From positions 106,144,001 through 106,208,000 of the forward strand of contig OX597820.1 in assembly GCA_951406725.2 (NCBI GenBank): DNA of 64,000 nt, given 5' to 3'. Both the position numbers and the translations under genes were made by a program. This DNA is from Octopus vulgaris (taxonomy: Eukaryota). Shown here one piece after another: positions 51,117 to 63,789 of this stretch (the first letter of the stretch is position 1; each line of letters begins with the position of its first letter). The notes under the pieces are model-generated. The model worked only from the letters and a program-made list of their open reading frames with translations, did no database searches and had not been told where the DNA came from.

Positions 51117-52166
51117 TTAATAGATAAAGTACCAGTCAAGTACTGGGATTAGTTCTTCTATCTCAACCTCTCTTTTCCTCCATCCCCACTCTGTCTGTCT
51201 GTCTGTTTTCTGTTTGTCTATCTCTGTCTGTCCATTTCTCTCTCTCTCTTTTTTCTCTCCCCTTCCCCTCTCACTCACCTCCTATCTCTCTCTCTGAATC
51301 AGCTATGTTGCACAGTGAAAAGGGTCTTATGGAACCACACACAACAGCCTTTTCTGCCACATCAGAAAAGAACAGTGTGAGGAGCTGCTATTCTCATGGA
51401 AAACCTGATACACAACTAGAGATATCATAGGATGGGCTAATGTGCAAAACAATACAAAACTGGAAATAAAGAAGAAAAAAGAAAAGAAGAAATGTAGAAG
51501 TAAGTATTAAGAGTAAAATATTAATTATTTATTGATTCTACACACACTCATATTAGTTATTTGTCTTTTTAATATCAGAGGTATCTATCATGAGGTATTC
51601 ACCCTTATTGACTCCATTGGGTAAAAATAACTGTCATAGAATTATTAGTGGGGCAAATAAAAATGACTATGACTAGAAAATGAACCTAAGTTGCTGAATC
51701 AGTTCATTGGTAAGTCACCCTCAGGCTACCCAATGACTAAGGAAGAAGAGGCTAAGATTTTAATGAGAAAATCTTCATTAAGAAAGTAAATACTTCTACA
51801 CTTTCAGATAATTTTAGTTTGCTTTCAGTATGAAGTCTGGAGTCATAGCAAATCTAGGCCTCTACTTTTTGTCATGGTACACCAACTATTCATTCCATTT
51901 TACAAGAACTTAACTCTTTTGACATCAACATGCCCAAGACTGTTCCAGATTCTATGAGACAAACTTCCTGTTTTAAATGATGATAACTTTTATCAAATTT
52001 CTTGGTGCTTATTTAAAATGCAGAAACCAATACTAATTTTCCCAAGAAAATATTTATTTCCTTAAAATGAAATAAAATAAAACAATTTAAAAACATGAAA
52101 ACAAAATTACTTTCTGTGTTGATTTTATATTATAGAAGTTTTCACACACATGCGCATGCACACACA

Positions 52167-52219
<53 letters not shown>

Positions 52220-52305
52220 GCGCGCATGTGGGCACACACATATATGCATGTATGAATGTATGTATGTATGTATGTATGTATGTATGTATGTATGTATGTA
52301 TGTGT

Positions 52306-52336
<31 letters not shown>

Positions 52337-52340
<4 letters not shown>

Positions 52341-53579
52341 GGTTGGACAAAATAATGGAAACACCTTAAAATTTCAAACAAATTTATTTTAATATGGTAT
52401 AGGATCGCCTTTGGCTGTAATTACAGCTTGAATTCTATGAGGTATGGACATGTACAAAGTTTGAATTGTTTCCAAAGGAATTTTTGTCGATTCTTCAGCT
52501 ATAACAGTCTCCAGTTCTTGTAGTAATGATGGTGGAGGATATTGACTCCTTACCTGTTTTTCTAAAATGCACCATAAATATTCAATTATATTGAGATCTG
52601 GGGACTGTGGTGGCCAGATAAGATGTTCAACTTAACTAGAATGTTCCTTGTGCCATTCAGTAACAACTTTAGCTGTGTGAATTGGTGCTTTATCATCCTG
52701 AAAGATTGCATTTCCCTCCAGAAACAGTTCTGCAACAATAGGATGAATTTGATCAGATAAAATGCTCAAATAGTCTTGAATATTAATTCTGCCATGAAGA
52801 GAAACCATTGGGCTGACCCAGATAATCACAGATCCTCTACCATGTTTAACAGTTGGAAGAAGATAGTCTGGGTCAAATGCTTCTTTTGGCTGTCTCCACA
52901 TGTATACTCAGCAGGTGGTCAGAAACAAGGCAAATGATGACTTGTCCGAGAAAATAACATTCTTCCACTGCCCTAGGGACCAATTCTGTAGGTTTTTACT
53001 CCACTCCAAATGCTTTGCAACGTTTGTTTTTAAAAGTAGTGGTTTTCTGATTTCAGCCCTCCTGTGAAATCTGACTTTGTGCAGCTCCTGACAAACAGTT
53101 TTTGTGGAAACTGGGTTCTCGAGGTGATCATTAAGCTCTGCAGTAATTTTGGGAGCTGTACTTTTGTGATTCTTTCTAACAATTCGCATAAGAGTCCAAC
53201 GGTCCCTATCTGAAAGTTTTAGTTTTGTTCCAGAGTTTTGTTTTCACGAAGAGGTTTTTTCCTCTTTCTCAAAGGCTGTCATTACTTTCAAGACAGTACT
53301 TCTTGATACACCAAGCATTTTGGTTGTTTTTGTTACACTAGTACCTGCCATACGAACACCAATAATTTGACCTCTTTGAAAGTTCAATAGATCTGTCATT
53401 TTAATGAATTGTAATTACCTTTTTCTGATGATATCTGAAAGAAACAGCAATTTTAGCAAAACATATTGAGCAACACTAATAATAAATCAAAAAACAAAAT
53501 AATAAACAAGCTTTTGACGATTTTATAGGTATTTCAAAATTATGATGCTAGGTGTTTCCATTATTTTGTCCAAACCCTG
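52337..53579 (-). mobile_element. Full-length Tc1-family DNA transposon
   Basis: TIRs CAGAGGTTGGACAAAATAATGGAAACACCT / AGGTGTTTCCATTATTTTGTCCAAACCCTG with TA TSDs. Confidence 0.95.
52389..53399 (-). pseudogene. Tc1 (DD34E-type) transposase, disrupted
   Basis: MTDLLNFQRGQIIGVRMAG..GVSRSTV (HTH), VIFSDKSSF, TVKHGRGSV, FQDDKAPIH, WPPQSPDLNIIEYLW, AVITAKGDPIPY*. Broken into several ORFs. Confidence 0.9.
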
Positions 53580-53612
53580 TATATATGTACATATAGCAAA
53601 ACAGGAAAGTGG

Positions 53613-53761
53613 AAATTTTTTGGTATTATTCTCCATTGCACATGTTTCATTTGCTAGTAGGAATTACAAAGATTTACATGTTAGATAGACATGTGAATCT
53701 TTGTAATTCCTGTTAGAAAATGAAACACATGTAATGGTGAATAAATAATACCAAAAAATTT
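53613..53761. repeat. Foldback with ~70-bp arms and a 7-nt loop, each arm resembling a hammerhead 3' half
   Basis: Arms meet at ACATGT-TAGATAG-ACATGT and read GAAACACATGTA (+) and GAAACATGTGCA (-). Confidence 0.8.
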
Positions 53762-53886
53762 AGACAATAACTCCACAATATTTCCATAATACAGCAGCAA
53801 TTAAAGGCACTTATTGATTGTAATAATGGAATAAACAGATGTGCTTCAAGCGGAAACAGCTGGGATTGACCCTAACTACTTATATA

Positions 53887-53966
<80 letters not shown>

Positions 53967-53989
53967 GTACTCCCCTGCCTCCTTTGCCT

Positions 53990-54425
53990 CTATTCTTTTA
54001 TTTGTTTCAGTCATTTGACTGCGGCCATGCTGGGGCACCTCATTTTACTCAAACTAATTGACCCCACGACTTATTCTTTGTAAGCCTAGTAATTATTCTA
54101 TCGGCCTCTTTTGCCGAAGTGCTAAGTTACGGGGATGTAAACACACCAATATCAGTTGTCAAGTGATAGTGGGGTGACAAACACAGACACACAAACATAC
54201 ACACACACACACACACATGTGTGTGTATATATACATAAATATATATATATATAAATATATACAATGGGACTCTCCCATCTTCCGTATACCAAATCCACTC
54301 AAAAGGCTTTGGTCAGCCCAAGGCTATAGTAGAAAACATTTGCCCAAGATACCACACAGTGGGACTGACCTTCGAGCCATGTGGTTGGTAAGCAAGCTAC
54401 TTACCACACAGCCACGCCTGCACCT
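53990..54425 (-). mobile_element. SINE family B, full length
   Basis: Complete match in reverse orientation. Confidence 0.9.
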
Positions 54426-54726
54426 ATAATGCCTTCTCTTTCAATATGTGAATGTGTGCATGTGTCTGTGTGTATGAGTGTGTGTGAGAGGGGGAGGGGG
54501 AGAGAGAGTGAGGAGAGAGAATGGGGAAAGAGAGTGGGGAGAGAGAGTAAGCTATCATTTACTCATTGCCTGCCACCAAACCAAGCATTCCCTTTCTACT
54601 CCCTTTTCTATATCCTGCTTTTATTCTTCCCACTTCTCTCTTCACAATACAAGCATGATTGGAGAATTCAACAGACCAGCCAACCAATGAACCAGCCAGC
54701 CAACCAACAATGTACATTGATTATTA

Positions 54727-54767
<41 letters not shown>

Positions 54768-55685
54768 TCCACCTTAGCAAAGGTCAAGGTATTGTTTTCA
54801 GTTGTGTTTGTTTGTCCATGGACAAGATATCTCAAGGACTGCTGGATGGATTTGGATGAAGCTTTCAGGAATGTCTGGCCTCCTGACTGGCACAAATTGA
54901 TTAGATTTTGGGATCAATCTGGTACCAGACAAGGATTCTGGATTATTTTCCTATCTTTTTACTTAATTTTTGAGAGCGGTCGGGTTCATTTTTAGTATTC
55001 TTGTTTGTGAGAGCAATCGAGTTTATTTCAGATATTCTCATTTTAAAAATCATCTCTGTTTAATCATTGAGAGGACGTTGGTGTTGCCTTGGTGGAAGTT
55101 TATGCTCTCTGAGTGCTCTTGTTATTATTATTATTATTACATAGAGATATTATTCATTATTTTTTTTTAATTAATTGAAATAAAGAGGATACATTTCAAC
55201 AGAAATATGGTAACAAAAAGGTCGATACAGATACATACCATCCCTAACCAATTCACTCTTGGACTATTTTTATGTATAAAGTATTGATTTCTATATAAAG
55301 TCAATATAGCATACACAAGTATAGACACAACTGTGCTGGGATGGAATGGATAATCAACTTGTACCAAGTCTATTATATTATGGTATTTTTTTTAATATCA
55401 TTATGTATAGTTATTTATTTTTTTTTTATATAATGTTCATATTGCTAATAATAGCATAATTGGTACAGACCTCCAATCTGCCAATTACTGGTTTACTGTA
55501 TTTCAGATGACAAGACCGTGATAAGGGAGTGTCTGCACAACTCGAAGGAATAACTGCCACAAGGTATTTTTTAGTCCCGTAAAGTAGTTTATTGGGGATT
55601 TTACTGTCTAATTTTCACCTCTATTGGTTACTGGTTACTACACTTGTAAAATAATACACATACATATATACCTATATCTATATAC

Positions 55686-55726
<41 letters not shown>

Positions 55727-55729
<3 letters not shown>

Positions 55730-55825
55730 CCTCTCGCTCAAAGTAAAAGGTAGACTGTATGACGCATGTGTGCGGACAGCCATGCTACATGCCAGTGAAA
55801 CATGGGCCGTAACTGCTGAGGACAT
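55727..55825 (+). mobile_element. Isolated ~100-bp internal RTE fragment between microsatellites
   Basis: GLSLKVKGRLYDACVRTAMLHASETWAVTAED, nearly identical to 2987-3085. Confidence 0.9.
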
Positions 55826-56034
55826 ACATACATACATACATATGTTGGACCTTGTTTGGCCCTACCTGCTTGAGATTTGAAACTGAATCTATAAATTCTT
55901 CCCAGCCATACAGCCTATTGTTCTGTTGAGGAGGAATGCAGATTTTATGTGTTTTCCACTTGACTCTTAACCTTTTCCATGCCATGAAAAGTTGAAATAG
56001 ATAATGAGTGACCTACATTAATTTAGATACTAGA

Positions 56035-56524
56035 CTAGCTTAAGGTAACCCGCTCTATGCGCGGGTAAGGTTGTGGTTGTTACTTTCTGTTGTTTCCTTT
56101 CTGTTTCTTTTTGCCACATTCTCTTGTTTCTCTCTCCTTTCTCACTTTCCCAATCTCTTACTCTTCCTTTCTCTCAGATGCTCCCTCGCTTTCTCTTACT
56201 TTTTATTTTTCTCTATCTATCTCTCTCCCATTTATAAATAATTAGATTAGATTTCCACGTTTAAATTACAAATCCGCTTCCACTTTACCATGTTGAAAAT
56301 TTCATTGAAATCGGGCAATCTAGATCCCCAAGTGTCCCCCAAAATTAATAAAATCCCTGTTTTCACACCAAAGCAACCACTGCAGTGCCCCAAAACGTCT
56401 CCCAATCAATTTCCCACCTCAAGTTACCCCCTCCTGTAAATTTTAATCTCCTTCCATCCCCATTTAAACCCCTTTCTACATAAAAATCAATTTGTATCAA
56501 CGTTCGCCTTCTTCATTTTATAGA
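56035..56524 (-). mobile_element. Non-autonomous Helitron
   Basis: Minus strand 3' end: hairpin ACCCGC/GCGGGT, 9 nt, then CTAG|T. Candidate A|TC 5' ends at 56251 (TCTAATCTAATT) and 56524 (TCTATAAAA). Confidence 0.7.
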
Positions 56525-56780
56525 TTAGACAAATATACCGGGCCTTGCTCAGGATTAAAATAGTTTATTATCATTTTACTTGTTTCGGCATTATAACCCG
56601 ATTTCATTCGGGTGTACGTGGGCCACATTTTAAAAGATGAGGAATTTTGCCCTAGAGGTGATGCTTTTCAATTGAGCAAAATCAATGTTGCCGTGCAAAC
56701 TCGCTAGCACTTTTAACATAGGTGTGCATATTTACCAAAGCCAAAGTGTGCAAGTTATTTTCCTGTTTTATATAGGTAGA
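56525..56780 (-). mobile_element. Second, older Helitron-like element abutting the first
   Basis: Minus strand starts TCTACCTATATAAAA and ends with hairpin CCTGAGC/GCCCGG followed by CTAA (CTAG expected). Confidence 0.45.
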
Positions 56781-57609
56781 ATAGCATAAGGAAAAATCAG
56801 TGAGTGAAAGCAACCAACAGGAATTAGACCTGACCAGCCCAAATGAAACACTGTCTCAACTGAAGTAACGTCATAGAAGGACAGCTATGGAATTCCCCAG
56901 TGTTACAGGTGTCTTGTCCACCATGCTCTTACCTTTGTCATTCACTCACTTTTGTTTCAACAACATCACTTAATCAGTTTAGTTACTGCTGTGACAAGGA
57001 ACTTCGAAATATATAAGTTCAATACTCTCTACCCTTCTACAAGAAAATATAACTCTAATTACTTCATATGCTTTCTGATTGTTTTTATACATGCCTGCCT
57101 GTCATGGTTTGGCTTAAATTATATGTAATGGTGAAATAAATATGTTATCTACAACTTCGGCTACTGTCTTTCTTTCCTGGAGTCAGTATCAACATCATCA
57201 TCTTTGCCTTCAACATAACCACTCCTATTACACATACATACATACATACATACATACATACATACATACATACATACATACATACATACATACATACATA
57301 CAAACAAACAAACAAACAAACAAACAAACAAACAAAAATACCCTGTTGTTGATGTTGAAATTCCAATGAGAGAGACTTGAATTTAGGTTAGAAACTGACT
57401 CTTTCTCTATTGTCAGGGAATCTTGAAATAAAACTGAACAATGACATATATACATGTGCAGGAGAATGGTTTCTATCAATAAAATGTCTCTCCTAAGTTT
57501 TTTTATTAACTCAAGCTTATGGAAAAAAATATTTACACATGGTACCACCCAGTGGAATTGAATCCAGAACCATGCAGGTGAGAAGCAAACTTCTTTGTCA
57601 TGCAGCCAT

Positions 57610-58393
57610 TTGTCCTGTATTCCATTTTTTCTCTTGTTGTTTGTGTATTTAATTCATTTGTTTTCGTATTTCATGTTGTTTACTGTTGGTTACGTCCTGT
57701 ACCCATATATGCATGGATATATATATATATATTATTTATATTATTATTTAATTAAACACCACGCATCAATTTCCAATTAAGTTAATCTTAATCTTTTTGA
57801 TGTGACTCTACTCCTTACTGTTTTCTCCCCTATCCTTCTCTGATTCCCTTTTTCTCCCCTTCACTGTTTTCTATCTATCTCTCACTCTCCCCCTCTTTCT
57901 CATTTTCTCTCTCTTGCTGATCACATGTGACCATTGTCCATCTTTCTTTTCCTCACATGACCATCTTTCTTTTCCTTTGTGGACATCCTAAGGACTGAAC
58001 GTCTTCTATCTCTCTTCTATCTTTTCTCCTTCCAAAGAAGATATTTCTCTCAGTGTTCACTATTTCCCCCTCATTCTGGTCTAACGACCCTCTATGTTCG
58101 TTTTCATTTGGTTTCCTTGTACGTCTCCACTGTCGTGTTTTTGTTCCCAACTTTGACACTCCATAAATCCAAAATTTTATTTTGGTATTTATGGGAGCAG
58201 CTGTCTTTGAAGACTCATATTATCATTGATTGCTCGACATGAGGAGTAGAAAGACATCCAACAACTGATGAAGATTCGTTGTGTATTACTTGTCCTATTT
58301 TCCATTTTATTCTCTCACTGTTTGCGTATTTAACTCATTTGTTTTTGTATTTCATGTTGTTTACTGTTGGTGATGTCCTGTACCCATATATGC

Positions 58394-58435
<42 letters not shown>
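57610..58435 (+). repeat. Two tandem copies (one partial) of the GTCCTGTACCCATATATGCATG-(TA)n repeat family
   Basis: 57610-57720 and 58289-58400 are closely similar to each other and related to 27210-27880. Confidence 0.7.
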
Positions 58436-58443
<8 letters not shown>

Positions 58444-58468
58444 TATTTATATTCATATTTTATATAAA

Positions 58469-59656
58469 CCGTATATACTCAAGTAATAGTCAATCTCATG
58501 TAAAAGTCAACACCCTATTCTTGGCCTAAAAATTGGAAATTTTCCTTAGACCCCATATAAAAGTTGACCCTAGTATTTCATGTACAAGAGGACAACATTT
58601 GTGGGTCAATGACCATATTATTCTGTATGTAGAAATAACAGTTACAAAATTGTGTGGCTACCTTACTGTAGCCTGCTCTATAGGTGGAATGCTTGGTGCT
58701 TATAATGGAATGCTTGGTGCTTATAGTAAAACATCATTTAATAGCAAGCACTACACATCTGTTGATAGGTGTTACATCACCATTACTCAAATGTATGCAC
58801 AGGATATGCTGCAAGCCTGCATGCATCTTCGAGCACAATAAACACGTGTCATACGAGGTGAGAAATGTTTACATGGTGAGAAATGTGTTTCACAGACAGC
58901 ACTATTGGTGAAAACTAGCAAATGCCACTATCTGAATTCATACAAAGGCATGATTTTGATAAGCCTAAAAACATTGAATTAATAGCGAGATCTGTGGTTC
59001 CCATGCGACCTTTATATTTTCCTCATCTCCAAATACAGTAAACACATACATCATACCTTCATCTGTTTACAGGGTAAGAAATGGGCTTCACAGACAACAC
59101 TATCATTGAACAGCAGCAAACACCACTGTATGAATTCGTACAGAGGCATGACTTCAGTAAGCCTAAAAACATTTAGTTAATCACTAGATCAGTGTTTCCC
59201 AAACTTTTTTTGCCACAGAATCCTTCAACATTATTTTGAAAAACGTGGAACCCCTGATAACTTTCAGGGAACCCTGGGGTTTTGCAGAACACACTATGGG
59301 AATCCCTGCTCCAGATTAACAATTTACACCATATTATGGACATTTACTGGTAACTGCACATGACATCCTGCAACTTTTTTTTAAAGGGTAAGTGTAAATA
59401 TTTATAAGAGCAACACGGTCTCATTTATGGAGTTTGTTATTTACTAAAACTTATGTTTTGATGCACAGAATTGGTAACATTACTGTAATTCATTGTGTTT
59501 TAGTTTTTATTCACTTTGAGATCAGTTGGGCTTCTGTTGCTGATGCAGTACTTTGGATTCTAGCTTCAATTTCAGCCCCTCAAAAGTAGTATCCATGTAA
59601 TAGTTGAACCCATAAAAATGGTCTTAAAAATTCGACTTTTACACGAGTATATATGG
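58469..59656. mobile_element. Non-autonomous pogo/Tigger-like element
   Basis: TIRs CCGTATATACTCAAGTAATAGTC / GACTTTTACACGAGTATATATGG followed by TA. Contains an internal ~110-bp duplication (58890-59002 vs 59089-59200). Confidence 0.7.
59190..59308. mobile_element. hAT (Charlie-type) MITE nested in the pogo-like element
   Basis: TIRs CAGTGTTTCCCA / TGGGAATCCCTG. The 8-bp flanks CACTAGAT and CTCCAGAT match at 6 of 8 positions. Confidence 0.7.
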
Positions 59657-59864
59657 TATCCCATAAATAAATAAATAATAAAAACAAAATGAACACTAGT
59701 AAGATTCAAACCCAACACAATAAATAATAAATTTTGTAAATACTAGCATCTCACAATTTTCTGCCATTTGCTATTTTGACATATATATATTATTCAGATA
59801 TTTTCATTTATTAACTAATTTATACAGATTGATTAGTTTGTAGTGAGGCCTCTGAGACAAGTAA

Positions 59865-60246
59865 CAGATTCTAATAGAGGGCTCAGCAGCTCTCTGATCT
59901 GAGATTGTATTTGCCAGCTTTTTATAGCTATAAGCTGTCTTTCTAGAATCTTTGGTAAAACTGTTCAGTGGAACCATAGCTTTCAGATTTTCTCAGTCCA
60001 GAACAACATAATGTATCTCCATAAAAGAAAAAGTGAGAGCATAAAAAATTATCAATAGCTTTGGGAATATGGCTTGACCAATCAGCACAAGCTGACTTAT
60101 TTTTGTTGATGCGGCGTTCAAAGGAAGTATGCAAGTTTTTCTACTGAACGGTTTTGAAGAAGATTCTAGAAATGTGGTTTATTGCTATAAAAACCTGGCA
60201 AATACAACCTCAGATCAGAGAGCCACTGAGCACCCTATGAAAATCT
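59865..60246. repeat. Foldback or MITE-like element with ~110-bp imperfect arms
   Basis: GCTCTCTGATCTGAGATTGTATTTGCCAG..TTTCTAGAATCTT versus AAGATTCTAGAAA..CTGGCAAATACAACCTCAGATCAGAGAGC. Confidence 0.8.
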
Positions 60247-60664
60247 ATCAATGAGTTGGTCTCTCCCTCTTTCACTTTTCAAAATGTAACATGTACTTTA
60301 CAAAAGGCACAGACCTTAACTTGAAGTGTTGAAGTATGCAGTGATTTAAATTCCTTATATTAGTTTCATATTATTATCTAACAAGATGCATTACAGAAGG
60401 CTCCTAACTATTATGTTTGCTGTTTTATGAATGTTTTGACAGGTAACTAAAATATCTGATGACTCAATTATACTTTAGTAAAGTCAATCTCTTCACACAC
60501 AACTTACCTAACATAATGAATAGTCAACGAAGAATATATGACTAATCACCATTCAATAAGATAGAAGGTCACTGTTATATAGAGAAGAGGCTAATCAATC
60601 AGATTTACCTTCATGAAAAGAAAGGAGAGAGAGAAATGACTATGCTTATAAAACTGTAAAAGAA

Positions 60665-61292
60665 GATGTGATGTGTATGGATGGGGACAACTGCATCAAG
60701 AAGTACAAGCCTCTAACTGTGGAGAGAATGTGTGGAAGAAGCAGATCCAGGAAGACACAGAAAGGATCTCTACATATTTGGCCTCACAGAGTGGATGACA
60801 AAGGATCAAAAAAACTTCTGGCCATTTGCTGTGCTTGAGAAGGCATGTCAAGCTATGTAAAATCATGGCAGTCCTAGCATACAGGGTATGTCCCCTACAT
60901 CCCTCTTCAGCAGAGTGATTTTAACCCTGCTAGCTCATGGGTCCTTGGGCCACATAAAAAGCACCTGTGCTGGTGCCACATAAAAAGCACTCATGCCAGT
61001 GCCATGTAAAAGACCCCATGCTGGTGCCACATAAAAGTGCCAGTACCAGTGCCATGTAAAAACGCCCAGGACACTCTGTGAAGTGGCTGGCATTAGGAAG
61101 GGCATCCAGCCATTAGAGACTATGTCAAAATAAACATGGAGTCTGGGCAGTTCTTCAGCTGGTCAGTTCCTGTTAAACCATGCTAACACGGAAAACAGAT
61201 GTTAAATGATGATGATGTTGATGATGATGATGAGGATGATGATGATGATGATGATGACGACGACGACGATGACGATGTTGATGATGATGATT
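60665..61292 (+). mobile_element. RTE LINE 3' end with short tandem units and a long (GAT)n tail
   Basis: MCMDGDNCIKK..CGRSRSRKT, repeated GTGCCA..TAAAA units and the family terminus. Confidence 0.85.
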
Positions 61293-61429
61293 CATAAGCA
61301 TTTTTTCATGTTTGCAAATATTGAAGCATGGACTAAACTAATAAACTACCTGCGGTGGCTGTTTGCTTCCTGAAATTCATTAACTCTAGTCCTGATATGT
61401 CTGTGTATTCTTCCCTCTTTATACTCTTA

Positions 61430-61647
61430 CTCTTTACTCTTTTACTTGTATCAGTCACTTGACTGCAGCCATGCTGGAGCACCACCTTTTAGTTGAGCAA
61501 ATCGACCCCAGGACTTATTCTTTGGGAGCCTAATACTTATTCTATCGGTTTTTTTTGCCAAACCGCTAACTTACATGGACGTAAACACACCACCATTGGT
61601 TGTCAAGCGATGTTGGCGGGGGGACAAACACAGAAACACAAACATAT

Positions 61648-61681
<34 letters not shown>

Positions 61682-61845
61682 GTATACGACAGGCTTCTCT
61701 CAGTTTCTGTCTACTAAATCCACTCACAAGGCTTTGGTTGGCCCGAGGCTATAGTAGAAGACACTTGCCCAAGGTGCCATGCTGTGGGAATGAACCCAGA
61801 ACCATGTGGCTAGTAAGCAAGCTACTTACTACACAGCCACTCCTG
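61430..61845 (-). mobile_element. SINE family B, full length
   Basis: Complete match in reverse orientation. Confidence 0.9.
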
Positions 61846-62388
61846 TCTCTTTTAATGTTCCCTTTTCTGTCTTTTTGTGTTTTAATCTGTGTACTGTGCA
61901 TGTACTTCTAGCTATCATTGGTGGCTTTCTTTACTTGGCTTATTGCTGCTTTCTGCTCTCCTCTTTTAACCCTTTCTGACAAGCTGTATGCATTTAAGCA
62001 CTGTATTGAATAAGCTCATATACACACTCATATCAAAACACCCACATAAACATAGAGTTTGAGTTATGTTCAGAAAATGTTTATTTTTACCAACGTTATC
62101 CTCCTCCAGATACATATATAAATATGTGTGTGTGCGTGTGTGTGTGTATGCGTATCCAGCACAGACAAAATAATTTATAAATGAAAATAGCAGAAGAGAG
62201 GAATATTGGTTCCTTAATAGAATATTGCAAGTAACAAAGTAACCACAGAAAGCAGCAGGAACATAGGAATGGAAAGGTTCCAAAATCAGCTTGAAATTTC
62301 CCACATAGCTGTGTGGGTTGGGCTTTTACCTTTGAGAATTAAAAATAAAATAAATAAATAAATATGTATATATTTATGTATGTATGTA

Positions 62389-62441
<53 letters not shown>

Positions 62442-63789
62442 CTCTTTTTCTATGGACATTTTAACTTAACACATATGTAGAAAAAAAAAACAAGCTAGCA
62501 CACAGAAACAAACCCCAGTCTTTGTAGCTCTACAGTTTCAGAGCTGAAAGTGGAGAACAGAGAAATGAAGCAGACAATGTATGGTGAAGAATTTAACTAC
62601 ATTTTTTTTGGTTTTTTTTTCTTTATTTCTTTCTTCACATTGTTTTGTTTTTCTTTTCTTTTTCCTTTTTGTTTATTTCTTTTCAAAGAACTAGGAAGCT
62701 GGGCTATCATTTTGTTGCCAGGAAACAACTAACATCTTCAACTAATGCTTTACTTTTCAACGGGTATTTTATTACAGATTAAGTAATAAAAGTAATAAAA
62801 AAAAAAGAAAAGAAAATAGAAAAGCCTCAGGTAATGCCAGTTTGTGTTACCAAATAGATATTTCAGAATTTGTAAATGGTTAAGTAGTGTTGCAAAATTG
62901 GTGAGCTTCTCTTGGATAAAGCAAGTGTGCTGTGTGATCGAAGGTGAGTTCTTGGTCATGACTGTTTCAATTATTCTGATAATCAGTGTCCTTGGCAAAA
63001 TCATGAAGGTTACAACATCTCATTGACCCCTACCCATTCTCTACCTTCAATGAAAGACACTATATCTGGTCACTCAACTTGTTAAAAATAGCAGCCAGTT
63101 ATTCCTCAAACCACACCTTTCAATCTTAGAAGAAAATAAAAAAAAAGAACATAGGATAATGTCCTCCTAGACATACTGATACTGCAAAAAAAAACACGGA
63201 GAGGATAGTTATGGTTGGAATATTTTTTTGATGAGAGTTGGGGTTGACTAACAACAACTTCGACAATTCTTTCATCTTGAAGTCAATAAGGTTGATCACC
63301 CATTCATAGATACGTGTCATTTTCAATGAAATTCAACTTTGACCAGTTATTACCAATGTGGGGGCATATGCCCCACTGGTTGGGCTTGGGGAAAATTGTG
63401 GTGGGGTGTGGGATCCAAAATTTTTCTGTTTCTTTTTTTTAGTGGGTCATGGAATTGTGGAGATCTTTTTCTCACAGCAAACATACTACACCTATACTCA
63501 GCCTGGCCAATAAATCAATCCCTCCAGCCAAGCATATTGGGTGAATACTGTTTGCCACAGTATAGCAATATTCTAATACTCTAGTGTGGATATTTCTTTA
63601 AGGAAAGTATATAGTTATGAAGTTGTTTTTATCCAACCATCAGTGGGGAACACATTTTTCTGAAAAGCTATAGAGGAAAATAGATTGGGAAATATTGCTT
63701 TTAACTATCATTGCTATCATTCTTTATCTGCTGCTTTCTGCCCCCTCTTTTACTCTTTTATGATGAGTTGTAATGCATATAAATTGTTT

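Noticed and set aside
56790-57231. Possible solo LTR ending ..CCTATTACA with AATAAA at ~57135
   Set aside because: I found no matching TG start or target-site duplication.
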